This document shows, in pieces, positions 1 through 16,436 of a stretch of DNA of 64,000 bases. A model generated the notes under the pieces. The model had not been told where the DNA came from and made no database searches. It was given only the letters and a program-made list of their open reading frames with translations. A program made the position numbers and the translations under genes. The stretch covers positions 50,964,001 to 51,028,000 of the forward strand of contig OX597832.1 in NCBI GenBank assembly GCA_951406725.2. The letters run 5' to 3'. Within the stretch, counting starts at the first letter, position 1; each line of letters opens with the position of its first letter. This DNA is from Octopus vulgaris (Eukaryota).

Positions 1-74
1 TACATACATACATACATATACGTATGATTATACATTCATGCAGGCCACCACACACACACATATGCAAATATGCA

Positions 75-273
75 GTTCCAAGGTACCCCAGGGCGTCTCG
101 GGGATTTCAGGCCCTTGAACATTAGCCACCACCACCCGGCCCTTTTATCTCAACCAGGGTTGATAAAGTCCCAGCTCGCATCCTGGTCGCCCTTCTTCAT
201 AGAAAGCCACCGCGTGGGCCCTCGCTGCAGCTTCTGTGATAGAATACATGGCCATCCGCTTTGCTGCACCATT
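75..273 (-). mobile_element. 3' end fragment of a HERO/R2-group-like non-LTR retrotransposon
   Basis: Minus strand reads GAAKRMAMYSITEAAARA(fs)TRWLSMKKGD, resembling restriction-like-endonuclease LINE C-termini, followed by a GC-rich 3' UTR; embedded in microsatellite. Confidence 0.45.
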
Positions 274-713
274 TATTTTAATGCCATTGGCAGCTCAATG
301 GTTATATATATATATATTTTGAATGTGTTTGTGTGTATGTGTGAGTGTATGTATATATGTATGTATCTATGTATATATGCACCTATGCATGTACTTAAGT
401 ATGTATGTGTATGTATGCATCTAGGTATGCATGCATGTATGCATGCATGCATACATACGTGCATGTATGTATGTATGTATGTATGTATGCATGCATGTAT
501 GTATGTATGTACGCATGCATGTATGTATGTATGAATACATGTATGTATGCATGTATGTATGTATGTATGCATGCATGCATGTATGTATGTATGTATGCAT
601 GCATGTATGCATGTTTGTGTGCCTCAGACTCCTTTGAATTGGCACCAGCGTGTATATATGTTTACATTCACCCCGTGATGTATCACACACCGTATGTAGT
701 CATCTGCACGGAC

Positions 714-757
<44 letters not shown>

Positions 758-884
758 TGTGTGTGCGATTGCGCATAATAATATATACTCGTGTATGTGA
801 GCATGTGTGTACACACACAACACACACACACAATGCACACACACACACACACACGCACACACACACTCACACACACATATACAT

Positions 885-1190
885 ATAACCACGGTATCGA
901 CCAGACCATCGGATGTAGTTATACACTGCGCGTCACAATGCGCTTAGCATCGTTTTAGCTTCCAAATGATGCTGCTCCTCCGTCTAGCTAGGTGAGCAGG
1001 CCAGCATCCCCACCTGGACGAAAGACTATTTCGTCACGGGGTTTACCCCCTCATCTGCAGCTGAGTGGACTGGAAAATGAAATGAAGCGTTTTGCTCCAG
1101 ATCAGAACACGTCGCCTGGTCCGGGAAACGAACCCATAATGTAGCGATCGTGAGTACAAGACTCTAACCGCTAGGCTACGCGTCTTCACA
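885..1190 (-). mobile_element. tRNA-derived SINE with CORE-like middle (diverged)
   Basis: Minus strand has an A-box TAGCCTAGCGG, a B-box GGTTCGTTTCC and the CCAGTCCACTCAGCTG block shared with 4569 and 8958. Confidence 0.6.
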
Positions 1191-1239
1191 CATGTATGAG
1201 TGTATACTGCTACATGTTCTTTAATACGAGCGCGCGCGT

Positions 1240-1600
1240 GTGTGAATGCATGTGTGTGTGTGTTTATGTATGCGTGTGCAAATATTAGCATGTATAAGTG
1301 TATACCGTTGTATGTTCTTAAATACATGTGTGTGTATGTGTGTGTGTGTGAATGTGTGTGTGTGAATGAGCGTGTGTGTATGCATGTGTGCGGGAATGTA
1401 TGTGCGAATGAGTGGTGTGTGTGTGTGCGTTCATTAGCATGTATGGGTGTATATCGTTGTATGTTCATTAATACGGAGGTGTGTGTGTGTATGTGTGTGT
1501 GTGTGAATGTGTGTGTGAGTGTGTGTGTGTGTGTAAGTAGTTATGTATATCAAATTGCAATTTGTCAGTGCATACATGTATTCGGTTATGCATGCACATA

Positions 1601-1636
<36 letters not shown>

Positions 1637-1746
1637 TGTATGTATGTATACATGTATGTATGTATTTATGTATGCATGTATGTATGTATGTATGTATGTA
1701 TGTATGTATGCATGCATGTATATATGTATGTATGTATGCATGCATG

Positions 1747-1777
<31 letters not shown>

Positions 1778-1854
1778 ATATGTATGTATGCATGCATGCA
1801 TGTATGTATGTATGTATGTATGTATGTATGTATGTATGTATGTATGTATGTATG

Positions 1855-1888
<34 letters not shown>

Positions 1889-2035
1889 TGTATGTATGTA
1901 TGCATGTATGTATGTATGTATGTATGTATGTATGTATGTATTTATGTATGTATGTATGTATGTATGTGTATGTATGCATGCATATATATGTATGTATGTA
2001 TGCATGTATGTATGTATGTATGTATGTATGTATGC

Positions 2036-2068
<33 letters not shown>

Positions 2069-2304
2069 TGTATGCATGTATGTATGTAAATATGTATGTA
2101 TGTATGCATGCATTTATGTATGTATGTATGTATGTATGTATGTATGTATGTATGTATGCATGTATGTATGTATGTGTGTATGTATGTATGTATGTATGTA
2201 TGTATGTATGTGTGTATGTATGTATGTATGTATGTATGTATGCATGTATGTATGTATGTGTGTATGTATGTATGTATGCATGCATGTATGTATGTATGTA
2301 TGTA

Positions 2305-2379
<75 letters not shown>

Positions 2380-2380
2380 G
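1240..2380. repeat. Compound (TG)n/(ATGT)n/(TA)n microsatellite
   Basis: Read directly. Similar tracts at 300-890, 8380-8957, 11745-12465, 21790-22700 and 45770-46250. Confidence 0.95.
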
Positions 2381-2656
2381 ATGCCCTTTAGTCTAAACTT
2401 CTAGAACGTTTGTTTACAATTTTTGCAAGGGTAGCTACGTGTGTGTGTATTTGTGTGTGTAATTGTAAAAGCGAGCAGGTATAAGGGAATTTGTATATAT
2501 TTGTATGTTTGTGCATCGGTGTATTTGTGTGCCTCGTGTCATGTGATGTCTGCGCGCGTGTTTGTATGTGTGTGTATTTGTGTGTGTGTGTGTGTGTGTG
2601 TGTTCGTGTACGTGTGTATACGAATGTGTGTAGTTAGGCAGTATTTGTATGTGTAT

Positions 2657-2706
<50 letters not shown>

Positions 2707-2854
2707 CTGTAACCATATATTTTTGCATAGATCATATGATTGTGTATTGTCTACTGTGAATGTTTGTATGTATGCGTATGTATGCATGTGTGTATGTATG
2801 TATAATTATAAGTAATATGTTTGTCTCTACCTCACTTTGTCTCTGTCTGTCTGC

Positions 2855-2926
<72 letters not shown>

Positions 2927-2932
2927 ATCTAT

Positions 2933-3008
<76 letters not shown>

Positions 3009-3059
3009 AATATGTATATGTATATGTATATGTATATACACACACACATATATATATAT

Positions 3060-4520
<1,461 letters not shown>

Positions 4521-4757
4521 TAACGGTATTTTTTTTTTTAATTATATTTATTTGATACTAATTACCAGTGTTCTTGAGCAAATCACTTCATTTCACGTTA
4601 CTCCAGTCCGCTCAGCTGGTAAAAATGAGTAATCCTGCCACGGACCGGTGTCCCACCCAGGTGAGGAATATATACGCCATGAAACCGGAAACCGGCCCTT
4701 ATGAGTCTATATGCCTCGAGAAGGAGCATATATATTTTTTTCTTCTTTCTCTTCTTT

Positions 4758-5372
<615 letters not shown>

Positions 5373-5388
5373 TGTATATATATATATA

Positions 5389-5803
5389 CACTCTTTTACT
5401 CTTTTACTTGTTTCAGCCATTTGAGTGCGCCCATTCTGAAGATCCGCCTTTAGTCGAGCAAATCGACCGCAGGACTTATTCTTTGTAAGCATAGTACTTA
5501 ATCTATCGGTCTCTTTTGCCGAACACCTAAGTTACAGGGACGTAAACGCACCAGCACCGGTTGTGAAGCGATGTTCGGGGGACAAACACAGACACACAAA
5601 CACACACATACATATATATACATATATATATATATACGACGGGCTCCTTTCAGTTTCCATCTACCAAATCATCCACTCACAAGGTTTCGGTGGGCCCGAG
5701 GCTATAGTAGAAGACACTTGCCCAAGGTGCCACGCAGTGGGACTGAACCCGGAATCATGTGGTTGGTAAGCAAGCTACTTACCACACAACCACTCCTGTG
5801 CCT
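5389..5803 (-). mobile_element. SINE family A, full length
   Basis: Head AGGAGTGG.TGTGTGGTAAG..GGGTTCAGTCCC, internal (TA/TG)n, (AGTAAAAG)n tail; many copies in the window. Confidence 0.85.
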
Positions 5804-5956
5804 ATATATATATATATATACCGGAGTAAACACATAAATGTGAAACAAGGTGGAAAAAAGTGTACTCAAATACCAGGGGTAGAGTAATATGCTTTATTTA
5901 ATGCAGCAGAAATTCAAGTAACAGGTTTTGTTGAATTTCTGCTGCTTTTAAATAAA

Positions 5957-6006
<50 letters not shown>

Positions 6007-6555
6007 GTTTCACACATTATATTTCTTTCCAAGGGTCCGCGCAGTGGACCTGAAGCTTAATTTAAGTTATATGCGTGCGCCTATAACTTAAATTAAACTA
6101 CTTGAGTTAAATCTAATTTATTCAACTTAATTAGATTCAGGCTAATACACGTTCGTATCATATATATATTTTCCCTACCCCTTTTTTTCTTCATTTAGTG
6201 AGACATGTTTATACGGTTAAAACATCTACCTTTTTATTTTGTTACTATGAAATAATTTCATTTTATAAGGAATTCAAACAATTTATTGTTACTCCAGTTC
6301 ATACAACAGTTTAAAATAGACCAATGAATAATTTTGAATACGTATAAAAATTGAGATGATTGGCAATACCTAGCAATCTACATACATACATACATACATA
6401 CATACATACATACATACATACATACATACATACATACATACATACATACATACATACATACATACATACATACATACATACATACATACCAGCTAATCAA
6501 GTAGGTAGCTCTTCAAAATTTACTCTAAATTAAAAAGGGAAAAACATACATACGT

Positions 6556-6709
6556 GGGAGTGGCTGTGTGGTAGGTAGCTTGCTTACCAACCACATGGTT
6601 CCGGGTTCAGTCCCACTACGTGGCACCTTGGGCAAGTGCCTTCTACTATAGCCTCAGGCCGACCAAAGCCTTGTGAGTGAATAGGAAGACGGAAACTGGA
6701 AGAAGCCCG

Positions 6710-6803
<94 letters not shown>

Positions 6804-7010
6804 GTCTGTGTGTGAGTATGTGTGTATGTCTGTGTTTGTCACCCCCAACATCGCTTGACAACCGATGCTGGTGTGTTTAAATCCCTGTAACTTAGCGGTT
6901 CAGCAAAAGAGACCGATAGAATAAGTACTAGGCTTACAAAAAATAAGTCCTGGAATCGATTTGCTCGACTAAAGGCGATGCTCCTGCATGGCCATAGTCA
7001 AATGGCTGAA
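6556..7010 (+). mobile_element. SINE family A, full length
   Basis: Same consensus with an internal (TG)n tract. Confidence 0.85.
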
Positions 7011-7348
7011 TCAACGATTCTGCCAGCTCGCCGCCTTGTTATATTATATATTATATTTCAAATTTTTTAGGTGTTTTATGACGTTGAATATTATCGTTAT
7101 GACTGTTTGGCTTAAAGTACAGATTACAACACACTCGGGTTCACAATTCCGTACAGTTGACCACCAGACACCTCTACTGAAAGTGACTACCGCATTATTG
7201 TCATTGGCTCTCGGCACAGTTAACCGTTGATTTTGTTCCATGTGACTGACACTCTGCCAGGTTCCAGTTTTGTTGCATTCCCACGTTTAAAATATATCAT
7301 TAGCCTCTCCAATACTATAAATTAATATATTTACATAAATACTTAATA

Positions 7349-7757
7349 CTCTTTTACTCTTTTAATTGTTTCAGTCATTTGACTGCGGCCATGCTGGAGC
7401 ACCGCCTTTAGTCGAGCAAATCGATCCCGGGACTTAGTCTTTGTAAGCCCAGTACTTATTCTATCGGTCTCTTTCGCCGAACCCCTAAGTTACGGGGACG
7501 TAAACACACCAGCATCGGTTGTCAAGCAATGCTAGGGGAACAAACACAGACACACAAACATATACACACACATACATATATATATATACATATATACGAA
7601 GGCTTCTTTCAGTTTCCGTCTACCAAATCCACTCACAAGGCATTGGTCGGCCCGAGGCTATAGCAGAAGACACTTGCCCAAGATGCCACGCAGTGGGACT
7701 GAACCCGGAACCACGTGGTTCGTAAGCAAGCTACTTACCACACAGCCACTCCTACGC
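7349..7757 (-). mobile_element. SINE family A, full length
   Basis: Same consensus; inverted relative to 6556-7010. Confidence 0.85.
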
Positions 7758-7784
7758 GTGTATATGTATGTATGTGTATATATG

Positions 7785-7819
<35 letters not shown>

Positions 7820-7822
7820 ATA

Positions 7823-8037
7823 CGAGGGGAGTTAAAAAGTTCCTGGCTTTGGGTAGAAGAAAATACAGGAGAATCAGATAATTATGATGTTATTCAACAT
7901 ATTATCCTCTCAGATTGACACATTTATTGCAGCAGTCCTACAGTTTTTTCTAAGCCCTGTAAAAGAACTCGGAAGGTTGGCCTCCAACCGGGCCTTTCGC
8001 GACACTCATAAAGCCAGGAAGTTTTCAGCACCCCTCG
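7823..8037. mobile_element. Mariner-type MITE
   Basis: TA-flanked; TIRs CGAGGGG..AAAAGTTCCTGGCTT / AAGCCAGGAAGTTTTCAGCACCCCTCG; second copy at 21537-21740. Confidence 0.8.
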
Positions 8038-8055
8038 TATGTGTGTGTATGCACA

Positions 8056-8096
<41 letters not shown>

Positions 8097-8097
8097 A

Positions 8098-8135
<38 letters not shown>

Positions 8136-8957
8136 GTTCATATATTTGTTGGAGTTTTTTTTTTTTTGCATTTATTGGGGCGGGACATTTTGTGATGCTC
8201 CGGACGCCATTCCTGTTGTGCTGCATTAGTGCATTAAATATGCACATACTTAGCTTACTGGTCAATTCAGGTGTGTGCAATTATGTGCACCAAATGTGCT
8301 TATGTTATATAATGAAGTATACATCCATTTCTGAGGTTGTGTGTAATGTTTATATAGGAAAAGTTACATACGAAAGCCAGTGTGTGTATGTATGTATGTA
8401 TGTGTATGTATGTATGTATGTATGCATTTATGTATGTATGTATGTATGTATGTATGTATGTATGTATGTATATGTATGTATGTGTGTATGTATGTATGTA
8501 TGTATGTATGTATCTATGTATGTGTATGTATGTATGTATGTATGTATGTATGTATGTATCTATGTATGTGTGTGTATGTATGTATGTATGTATGTATGTA
8601 TGTATGTATGTATGTATCTATGTATCTATGTATGTGTGTGTATGTATGTATGTATGTACGTATGTATGTATGTATGTATGTATGTATGTATGCATGTATG
8701 CATGCATGTATGTATGCATGCATGCATGCATGTATGTATGTATGTATGTATGTATGTATCTATGTATGTGTGTGTATGTATGTATGTACGTATGTATGTA
8801 TGTATGTATGTATGTATGTATGTATGTATGTATGTATGCATGTATGTATGTATGTATGTATGTATGTATCTATGTATGTGTGTGCATGTATGTATGTACG
8901 TATGTATGTATGTATGTATGTATGTATGTATGTATTTATGTATGTTTGTATGTATGT

Positions 8958-9247
8958 GAAGGCGCGTGGCTTAGTGGTTAGGGGCATTCGGCTCACGATC
9001 GTAAGGTGGTGAGTTCGATTTTATTTCACGTTGCTCCAGTCCACTCAGCTGGCAAAAATGAGTTGTACCTGTATTTCAAAGGGCCAGCCTTGTCACACTC
9101 TGTTTCACGCTGAATCTCCCCGAGAACTACGTTAAGGGTACACGCGTCTGTTGAGTGCTCAGCCACTTGCATGTTAAGTTCAGGGGCAAGCTGTCCCGTT
9201 GATCGTATCAGCTGGGACCCTCGTCGTCGCAACCGACGGAGTGCTCC
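8958..9247 (+). mobile_element. SINE with tRNA/CORE-like head and family C tail
   Basis: A-box TGGCTTAGTGG and B-box GAGTTCGATT; the tail TGTACCTGTATTTCAA...CCGACGGAGTG is shared with family C. Confidence 0.75.
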
Positions 9248-9348
9248 TATGTATGTATGTATGTATGTATGTATGTATGTATGTATGTATGTATGTATGT
9301 ATGCATGTATGTATGCATGTATGTATGTGTGTGTGTATGTATGTATGT

Positions 9349-9761
9349 ATACTCATTTTACTCTCATTTGCTTGTTTCAGTCATTTGACTGTGGCCATGC
9401 TGGAGCACCGCTTTTAGTGAAGCAAATCGACCCCAGAACTTATTCGTTGTAAGCCTAGTACTTATTCTATCGGTCTCTTTTGCCGAACCGCTAAGTAACG
9501 GGGACGTAAACACACCAGCACCGGTTGTCAAGCGATGTTGGGGGGACAAACACAGGCACACAAACATACACACACATATATATATATACATATATACGAC
9601 GGGCTTCTTTCAGCTTCCGTCTACCAAATCCACTCACAAGGCTTTGGTGGGCCCGAGGCTATAGTAGATGACACTTGCCCAAGGTGCCGCGCAGTGGGAC
9701 TGAACCTGGAACCATGTGGTTCGTAAGCAAGCTACTTACCACAGAGCCACTCCTACGCCTA
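9349..9761 (-). mobile_element. SINE family A, full length
   Basis: Same consensus. Further copies or fragments at ~10905, 11120, 13320, 13880, 15050, 23520 and 50413. Confidence 0.85.
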
Positions 9762-10108
9762 TGCTTTCTTTCTTTTTGTAATTTAGAGTAAATTTTGACC
9801 GGCCACCTACTTGGTAGCAAAGTTATGCAGGAAAGCATCTTGTTTTAACCTTCATCCTTTAAATCTTAAGAAAATTCTTGCAGATTTTTGTAAACCCTGA
9901 TAACGTGATCATTTGTAATGTATGAATTAAGTATTTGAGTTCTCTCCCCAAGATCCCAAGTTTAGCCATACTTTGCTCCTATGAAGCTGAAAGTGTGTCT
10001 TGAATACTGGATTTGCAAACTTACCAATGACCTGTAGATATCCTCTTTCTATCTATGTACGTAGGTATGTACGTACGTATGTATGTACGTACGTATGTAT
10101 GTATGTAT

Positions 10109-10335
10109 GGCAGGAGGATTAAACGACATGCAAAGGTACATGAAGCCCAGTTACAACTACAGCCGGCTATTACCAGTAAAGGTATTATTTGCCAATTCTG
10201 TACAAGACATTGTAGATCTTTAGTTGGGCTAAAAAGTCACATTCGATCACAGCACCAGTAACAGTTAAGCTTCGTGCAATGGCCATACTCGATAATGAGG
10301 GGGCAGCCATAATGTATGTATGTATGTATGTATGT
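10109..10335 (+). mobile_element. RTE-clade LINE 3' end with C2H2 zinc finger and (ATGT)n tail
   Basis: RRIKRH..IICQFCTRHCRSLVGLKSHIRSQH*, then 3' UTR AAGCTTCGTGCAATGGCCATACTCGATAATGAGGGGGCAGCC and (ATGT)n. Confidence 0.75.
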
Positions 10336-11410
10336 ATATGTGTGTATGCGTGTGTGTGCGTGCGCGTATGTGCCTGTGCGTCAATTTCTGGATGCAATCG
10401 TGTATGTATATGTAGTCTATGTACGCATGCGTGTATACATACAGCCATGTTTGCATACAAGTATGTACTCAAACATTTCTAAATAGCATCATTATATTAA
10501 TGTTTGGACCCAGATCAGCTCTGAACCAGCAGAACTACCGCTGAAGCCACTCTATACGTGACCATCTGGCCTTTTATTCATTCAACCACATTATATCTAC
10601 GGCCTCTCTATCTGGCGTATTCTTTTCTCTTTTTGAAACGATAGGATATGATTTGAGTGAGTTTGGCTGCTCTTCCTAGCAGGTCAAGGGAAAGAGATAT
10701 TAAATAATATAGTCCAAGTGACCCGTGGCATTGCAAAGGATTTCAGTACCCGGCATGACTAGGAAGCAGGGGCACTTTTGTTACTCCCATACCTTAAAAA
10801 GCGAGGCAGGACAGAGGGAAGTTCGTACGCCTTCACACCCATGCCTGGAGGCGACTGCTCTTCCTTGGTCCTCTTCTAGAATCCTTAAACCTTTTTCTTA
10901 TTTACCTTTTTATTTGTTTCTGCCATTATGCTGTGGCCATGCTGGGGCACCGCCTTGAAGAATTTTTAGTCGAATGAATCGATGCCAGTAGTCATTTTCT
11001 TTCTAAGCCTGGTTCTTACTTTATCGGTCTCTTTTGCCTAACCGCTAAGTTACGGTGACGTGAACACAGCAACACCAGTTCTCAAGCAGTGAGAACTTTT
11101 TTTACCTTTTTATTTGTATGTGTGAGTGTATATGTTTGTGTCTGTGTTTGTTCCCCCAACATCGCTTGACAACCGATGCTGGTGTGTTTACGTCCCCGTA
11201 ACATTAGCGGTTCGACAAAAGAGACCGATAGAATAAGTATAGGCTTACAAGGAATAAGTCCTTGGGGTCGATTTGCTCGACTAAAGGCGGTGCTCCAGCA
11301 TGGCCACAGTCAAGTGACTGAAACAAGTAAAAGAGAGTAAAGAGTAAAGCCGAATCATAGAACTTACCAACGTGTCAAAACTGCAGTTATCGTTATCGTT
11401 TTTGTTGGCT

Positions 11411-11635
11411 ATGGTCAAGACACTCGCAAATGCCAGGGCAGCTGACCCCTACAACTTGGCCAATGTATTCACAGTTGCTGGGGCAGTTGAACTTTAAACA
11501 TGGTCAGGACTGTCACAGTCACTGGGGGTAGCTGTCCTTTAAAACATGGTCAAGACTTTCACAATTGCTGACTCAACTGACCGCTACAACATGGTCAAGA
11601 CATTTACTGTTGCTGGAGCAGCTGACCACTACAAC
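11411..11635. repeat. Degenerate 45-bp tandem repeat, 5 units
   Basis: Units start at 11411, 11456, 11500, 11546 and 11591; consensus ATGGTCAAGAC.TTCACAGTTGCTGG.GCAGCTGACC.CTACAAC. Confidence 0.8.
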
Positions 11636-12954
11636 ATTCTTAGTTTACGTTTTCTGTGTATAAATGGGTGGATGGGTGGGGGATATTACACTCACATACG
11701 CGTTCTCGTGGATGCACACACACACACACATAAACGATATTTACCATACATACATACATACATACATACATACATGCATACATACATACAGGACTTTACC
11801 ATTTAAGCATATATGAGCATGTCTAGATATGCAAGTATATGCATGAGAAGATATACATAGAACAAAATATAGAAATTTGCACGTATACATACATACATAC
11901 ATACATACATACATACATACATACATACATACATACATACATACATACATACATACAAGCATACATACATGCATGCATGCATGCATACATACATACATAC
12001 ATACATACATACGTACGTACATACATACATACATACAAACATACATATATGCATAAATACATACATACATACATACATAAATACATACATACATACATAC
12101 ATACATACATACATACATACATACATACATAAATACATACATGCATACATACATACATAGATACATACATGCATACATACATACATACATACATACAAAC
12201 ATACATATATGCATAAATACATACATACATAAATACATACATACATACATACATGCATGCATACATACATACATACATACATAAATACATACACACATAC
12301 ATACAAGCATACATACATACATGCATGCATGCATGCATGCATACATATATACATACATACATACATACATACATACATACATACATACATACATACATAC
12401 ATGCATGCATACATACATACATACATACATACATACATGCATACATGCATATACACACACATACATGTAAAGACAAGGTTATATGGTTTACGGATTTTGC
12501 TTCCCAAATACGTGGTTTCGGGTTTAACCTTGAGCAAGTATCATCTACTTTAGAGTTTTGTAAGCAAAATTCAGTTGACGGAAATTGCAAGGAATCCCTT
12601 CAAGGGAACTATTCCTGTTCTAGATTGGTAGACTTTATTCTATTAACACAACCATCTGCACTTCAGGTACATTTAGCAGAGTCCGTTCTATCGCAAGTGT
12701 TCATAATTGGTATCTTGTTTGAGAATAACTACCATCTTCATTCTGTCTTTCTCATCAGTATATTGATTTATCAAATGAGCGTGACATTGTGTTATCAAAT
12801 GAGCAGAAACATAACTGATGATGGACCAAGGTCTAATATAATTTCTTTATTTAAGTCCTCGTTTTCTTTAGTAATTCCCACTAAAAAAAATTGGCATGGG
12901 GAGACTAATCTACACAAATATCTAAAAAGAGACACGTGTTAGATGGAAAAGCAC

Positions 12955-13043
<89 letters not shown>

Positions 13044-14085
13044 TAAGCAAATAGAGATGCTTTATTTAGTTAATTGTGAGTATTGAAATATGTTTAAAAG
13101 AAATTATTAAAGTCTACACTGTCTAGAAAACGTTTATAAATTCCAATTTTAGACGGATCTAAAGAAAGGCCTCTTGACTGATTGGTATGAAGCCGCTCAC
13201 AAATATAGACATGCTGTCTGTCTATCTGCCTATTCTCTCTCTCTCTTCTCTTCTCTTTCTCTCTCTCTCCTCTCTCTCTGTCTCTAAAACTGCGTGGAAG
13301 CTCGTCGTATATAAACACATGAGTATGTGTGTACGTCTGTATATGTTTTATCCATCCCCTCTACTATCTTACAACCGGTGTTGGTTCAGTTACTTCCCCG
13401 TAAAATAGCGGTTCAGCAAAAAAAAGAAAAAGAGTACGAATAAATACCAAACTCAAAAATGAGTACCGGGGGTCGATTTCTTTGACTAAAACCCTTGAAG
13501 GCGGTGCTCCAGCATGGCTGCAGTCCAGTGACTGAAACAAATACTAGATAAAAGATAAGATACCTGATGACCACAGCAAAAAATGTAACGTAGTGGTCGA
13601 GGTTGAGAGTTTAGGCTTTTTACTGATCAGCGAAACCCACGTGGTCATTTTTTCAGTAAAGCACGAAAGAGTACATTAGAGAGGACATTGAAGTACTGTA
13701 CTCGAATAAATCTTATGAAATATTATCGTTATTGTCGCTGTCGTTTGTGTTATTGTTTAACCTCAAGTTGTCCCTCGTCGACGTTCTAACCACGACCATC
13801 CTGTCCTTACAGGCATAGTTTTCTGGGGGTTTTTTTGGACTACATCGTTCAATATGTCCTTCATCTTTTTTCTTTTGTCTTTTATTTGTTTTCAGTCATT
13901 TGACTGCGGCCATGCTAGAGCACAGCCTTGAAGAAGAATTTTAGTCGTACACATCGACCCCATGACTTTTTTTAAGCCTAGTACTTATTCTATCGGTCTC
14001 TTTTGCCGAACCGGTAAGTTATGGAGACGTAAACACACCAACACCGGTTGTCAAGTATTGGGGGAGGAACAAACACATACTCAAT

Positions 14086-14130
<45 letters not shown>

Positions 14131-15343
14131 GCGCGCATATAGATGTATATATGACGGGCTTCTTTCAGTTTACGTCAACCAAATCCACCCACAAGGCTTT
14201 GATCGGCCAAGGTCTATAGTAAAAGACACTTCCCCAAGGTGCCACGCAGTGGGAGTGAACCCGGAACCATGTGGTTGGGAAGCAAGCTTCTTACCATTCA
14301 GCCACGAATGCGCATATATGTTTTATTTTATTTTAATTTTATTAAGATGGTAAGATGTGCGATATGAAAGAGATTTGGCTGATATTTCGAGCAGGTCGAG
14401 CAACCACTTAGAGATCTTTTAAAAGATCGGTGGTGTTATTGTTGTCGTTGTTGTTAAGCCCTAGGTCATCTCTAAACGAACGTACCTATGATCAAAAGCG
14501 TTCCTTCTGTGACCACTCTGTTTTTTTTTTCTTATGCGCGGGGAAATCCCACCCGGATTACATGTCATAATGAGATGTTGTGATGTGATTTGAGGCACAA
14601 AGAGGGTTTTCCATTGCCTCAGTTTAAGAGAAGGTGGACAAGAAGCTTAGGTGACCGGTGTACGTAAAACGAGATCTTCTGCTCGATGTTTTGACACGTA
14701 TAGGCTTCCGTAACAACAACTGATTTGGTGTACTTCGCCATCTTTATTTCTCCTACAAAAATGACCAATAAAGCTTAATCTTTGTTGATGCGTTGTGCCT
14801 GTTACTAGAGGTAAACTGCCATAAACTTCGGCATTACTTGTATGTCTTTGCTTGTTTTTGTTCTTTCATGTCGTGTCGAGTGTTAAATACAATAATCTTG
14901 TTTAGCCAGCGTCCAACCGATATTTTTAAAGGACTTATTATCGGTGACATTGTTTTGACACCATAAGCCAGAAAACTGTTTATTGTCGCTATGAAGAATC
15001 TAAATTTCCGGTCTTCGATTTAGATTTGATTTACATATATGTCCATATATAGGCGCAGGCGTAGCTGTGTCGAAGAAACTTGCTTCCCAACCACATAGTT
15101 CCGGGTTCAGTCCCGCTGCCAGGTACCTTGAGCAATTGTCTTCTACTATAGCCTCAGGCCAACCAATGCTTTGTGAGTGGATTTGGTTGACGGAAATTGA
15201 GAGAACTTAATACATCCGGCAGAGTTAGATCTGATCTATATATATATACATGCTTATGAGTGAGTGTTTGTGTGTGTATATGTGTGCACGTGTATGTCTA
15301 TTACTGTGGGTGCGTTGTTATAGCACTCTTCTAATACATGTAC

Positions 15344-15390
<47 letters not shown>

Positions 15391-15391
15391 T

Positions 15392-15892
15392 ATATATAAA
15401 ACTCTAGTTGTGTGAGTGTCTGTCCCCTTCGATTTAGATTCCTAACTCCTCCCACATTTTGCGGTGCAGTTTAACCAAATTCGGGTATCTTATAGTCGTG
15501 ATTCATATCGAGCCCGTCTGACTATTAGCGCGCGTCAACGATGAGTCTACGATTTTAAAAATAATTTAACATCATTTTTTATTCCATTTTAATGCATAAA
15601 ATGCATCGTATGTCGATGGCGGCGGAGTTGGCGTCCACGCTCACAGCTGCACCTGTTTGCTTCTCCCCCTTCCCTCCCTCGTGAAGCTGTGGGGAAGGGA
15701 GTGTAAAGAAATCAACGTCGTAATGCGTTGTGAAGGAAACCAGCGTTCTTTTAGAACAACGACTTCATGGCTTGAAGACACCAAAACAAAAATGGCTAAG
15801 AAAGCCCGAATTTATAAGGGAAGTAACTCTCTAAAAATGCTTATATAGTTATTTCCCTTACAAACCCGAGCAACGCCGGGCGATACTGCTAG
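15392..15892 (+). mobile_element. Non-autonomous Helitron-like element
   Basis: 3' hairpin CCCGAGCAACGCCGGG followed by CTAG|T (15889-92); the 5' end merges into (TA)n; no TIRs. Confidence 0.72.
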
Positions 15893-15955
<63 letters not shown>

Positions 15956-16029
15956 AAGAACAAAAGACAAAGACAGATGTATGAACAACAAGCAGGGGTT
16001 TAGTTTGACGCCCGGGAAAGTGAAAAAAT

Positions 16030-16065
16030 CTTTTACGTTTCGAGCTTACGCTCTTCAACAGAAAG
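16030..16065 (-). ncRNA. Minimal hammerhead-like motif, A6U core variant
   Basis: Reverse complement CTTT-CTGTTGA-A-GAGC GTAA GCTC-GAA-ACGT-A-AAAG; palindromic stem III. Confidence 0.62.
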
Positions 16066-16260
16066 GAATAAGAGAAAATAAATAGTACTGTTTTCGAGTA
16101 CTTTGTTTCTGTCTGGGAGTTTCTTTTTAAAGTTGAGGAAATAGCTAAGGTTCTTTGGCTGCTATTTCTTAACTTTGGTATGTGGTAAAGCAAATCTTTG
16201 CTGAACCCTAATTATAAAGTATATACATGCATATATGAATAAAGGACATAAAAAAAACGT

Positions 16261-16295
<35 letters not shown>

Positions 16296-16405
16296 AACAT
16301 ATATACGTAAGTATCGAACAATGGGAATGAATAAATTTGTTGGTGAATAAATTTACTTTCTTAACATGAAACCAATGGTAGCCAAATAAAATACACACAC
16401 ACACA

Positions 16406-16436
<31 letters not shown>

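Noticed and set aside
12824-12840. CTGATGA followed by a hairpin near 12815-12835 (similar case at 13564)
   Set aside because: No correctly placed GAAA, and no stems I or III.
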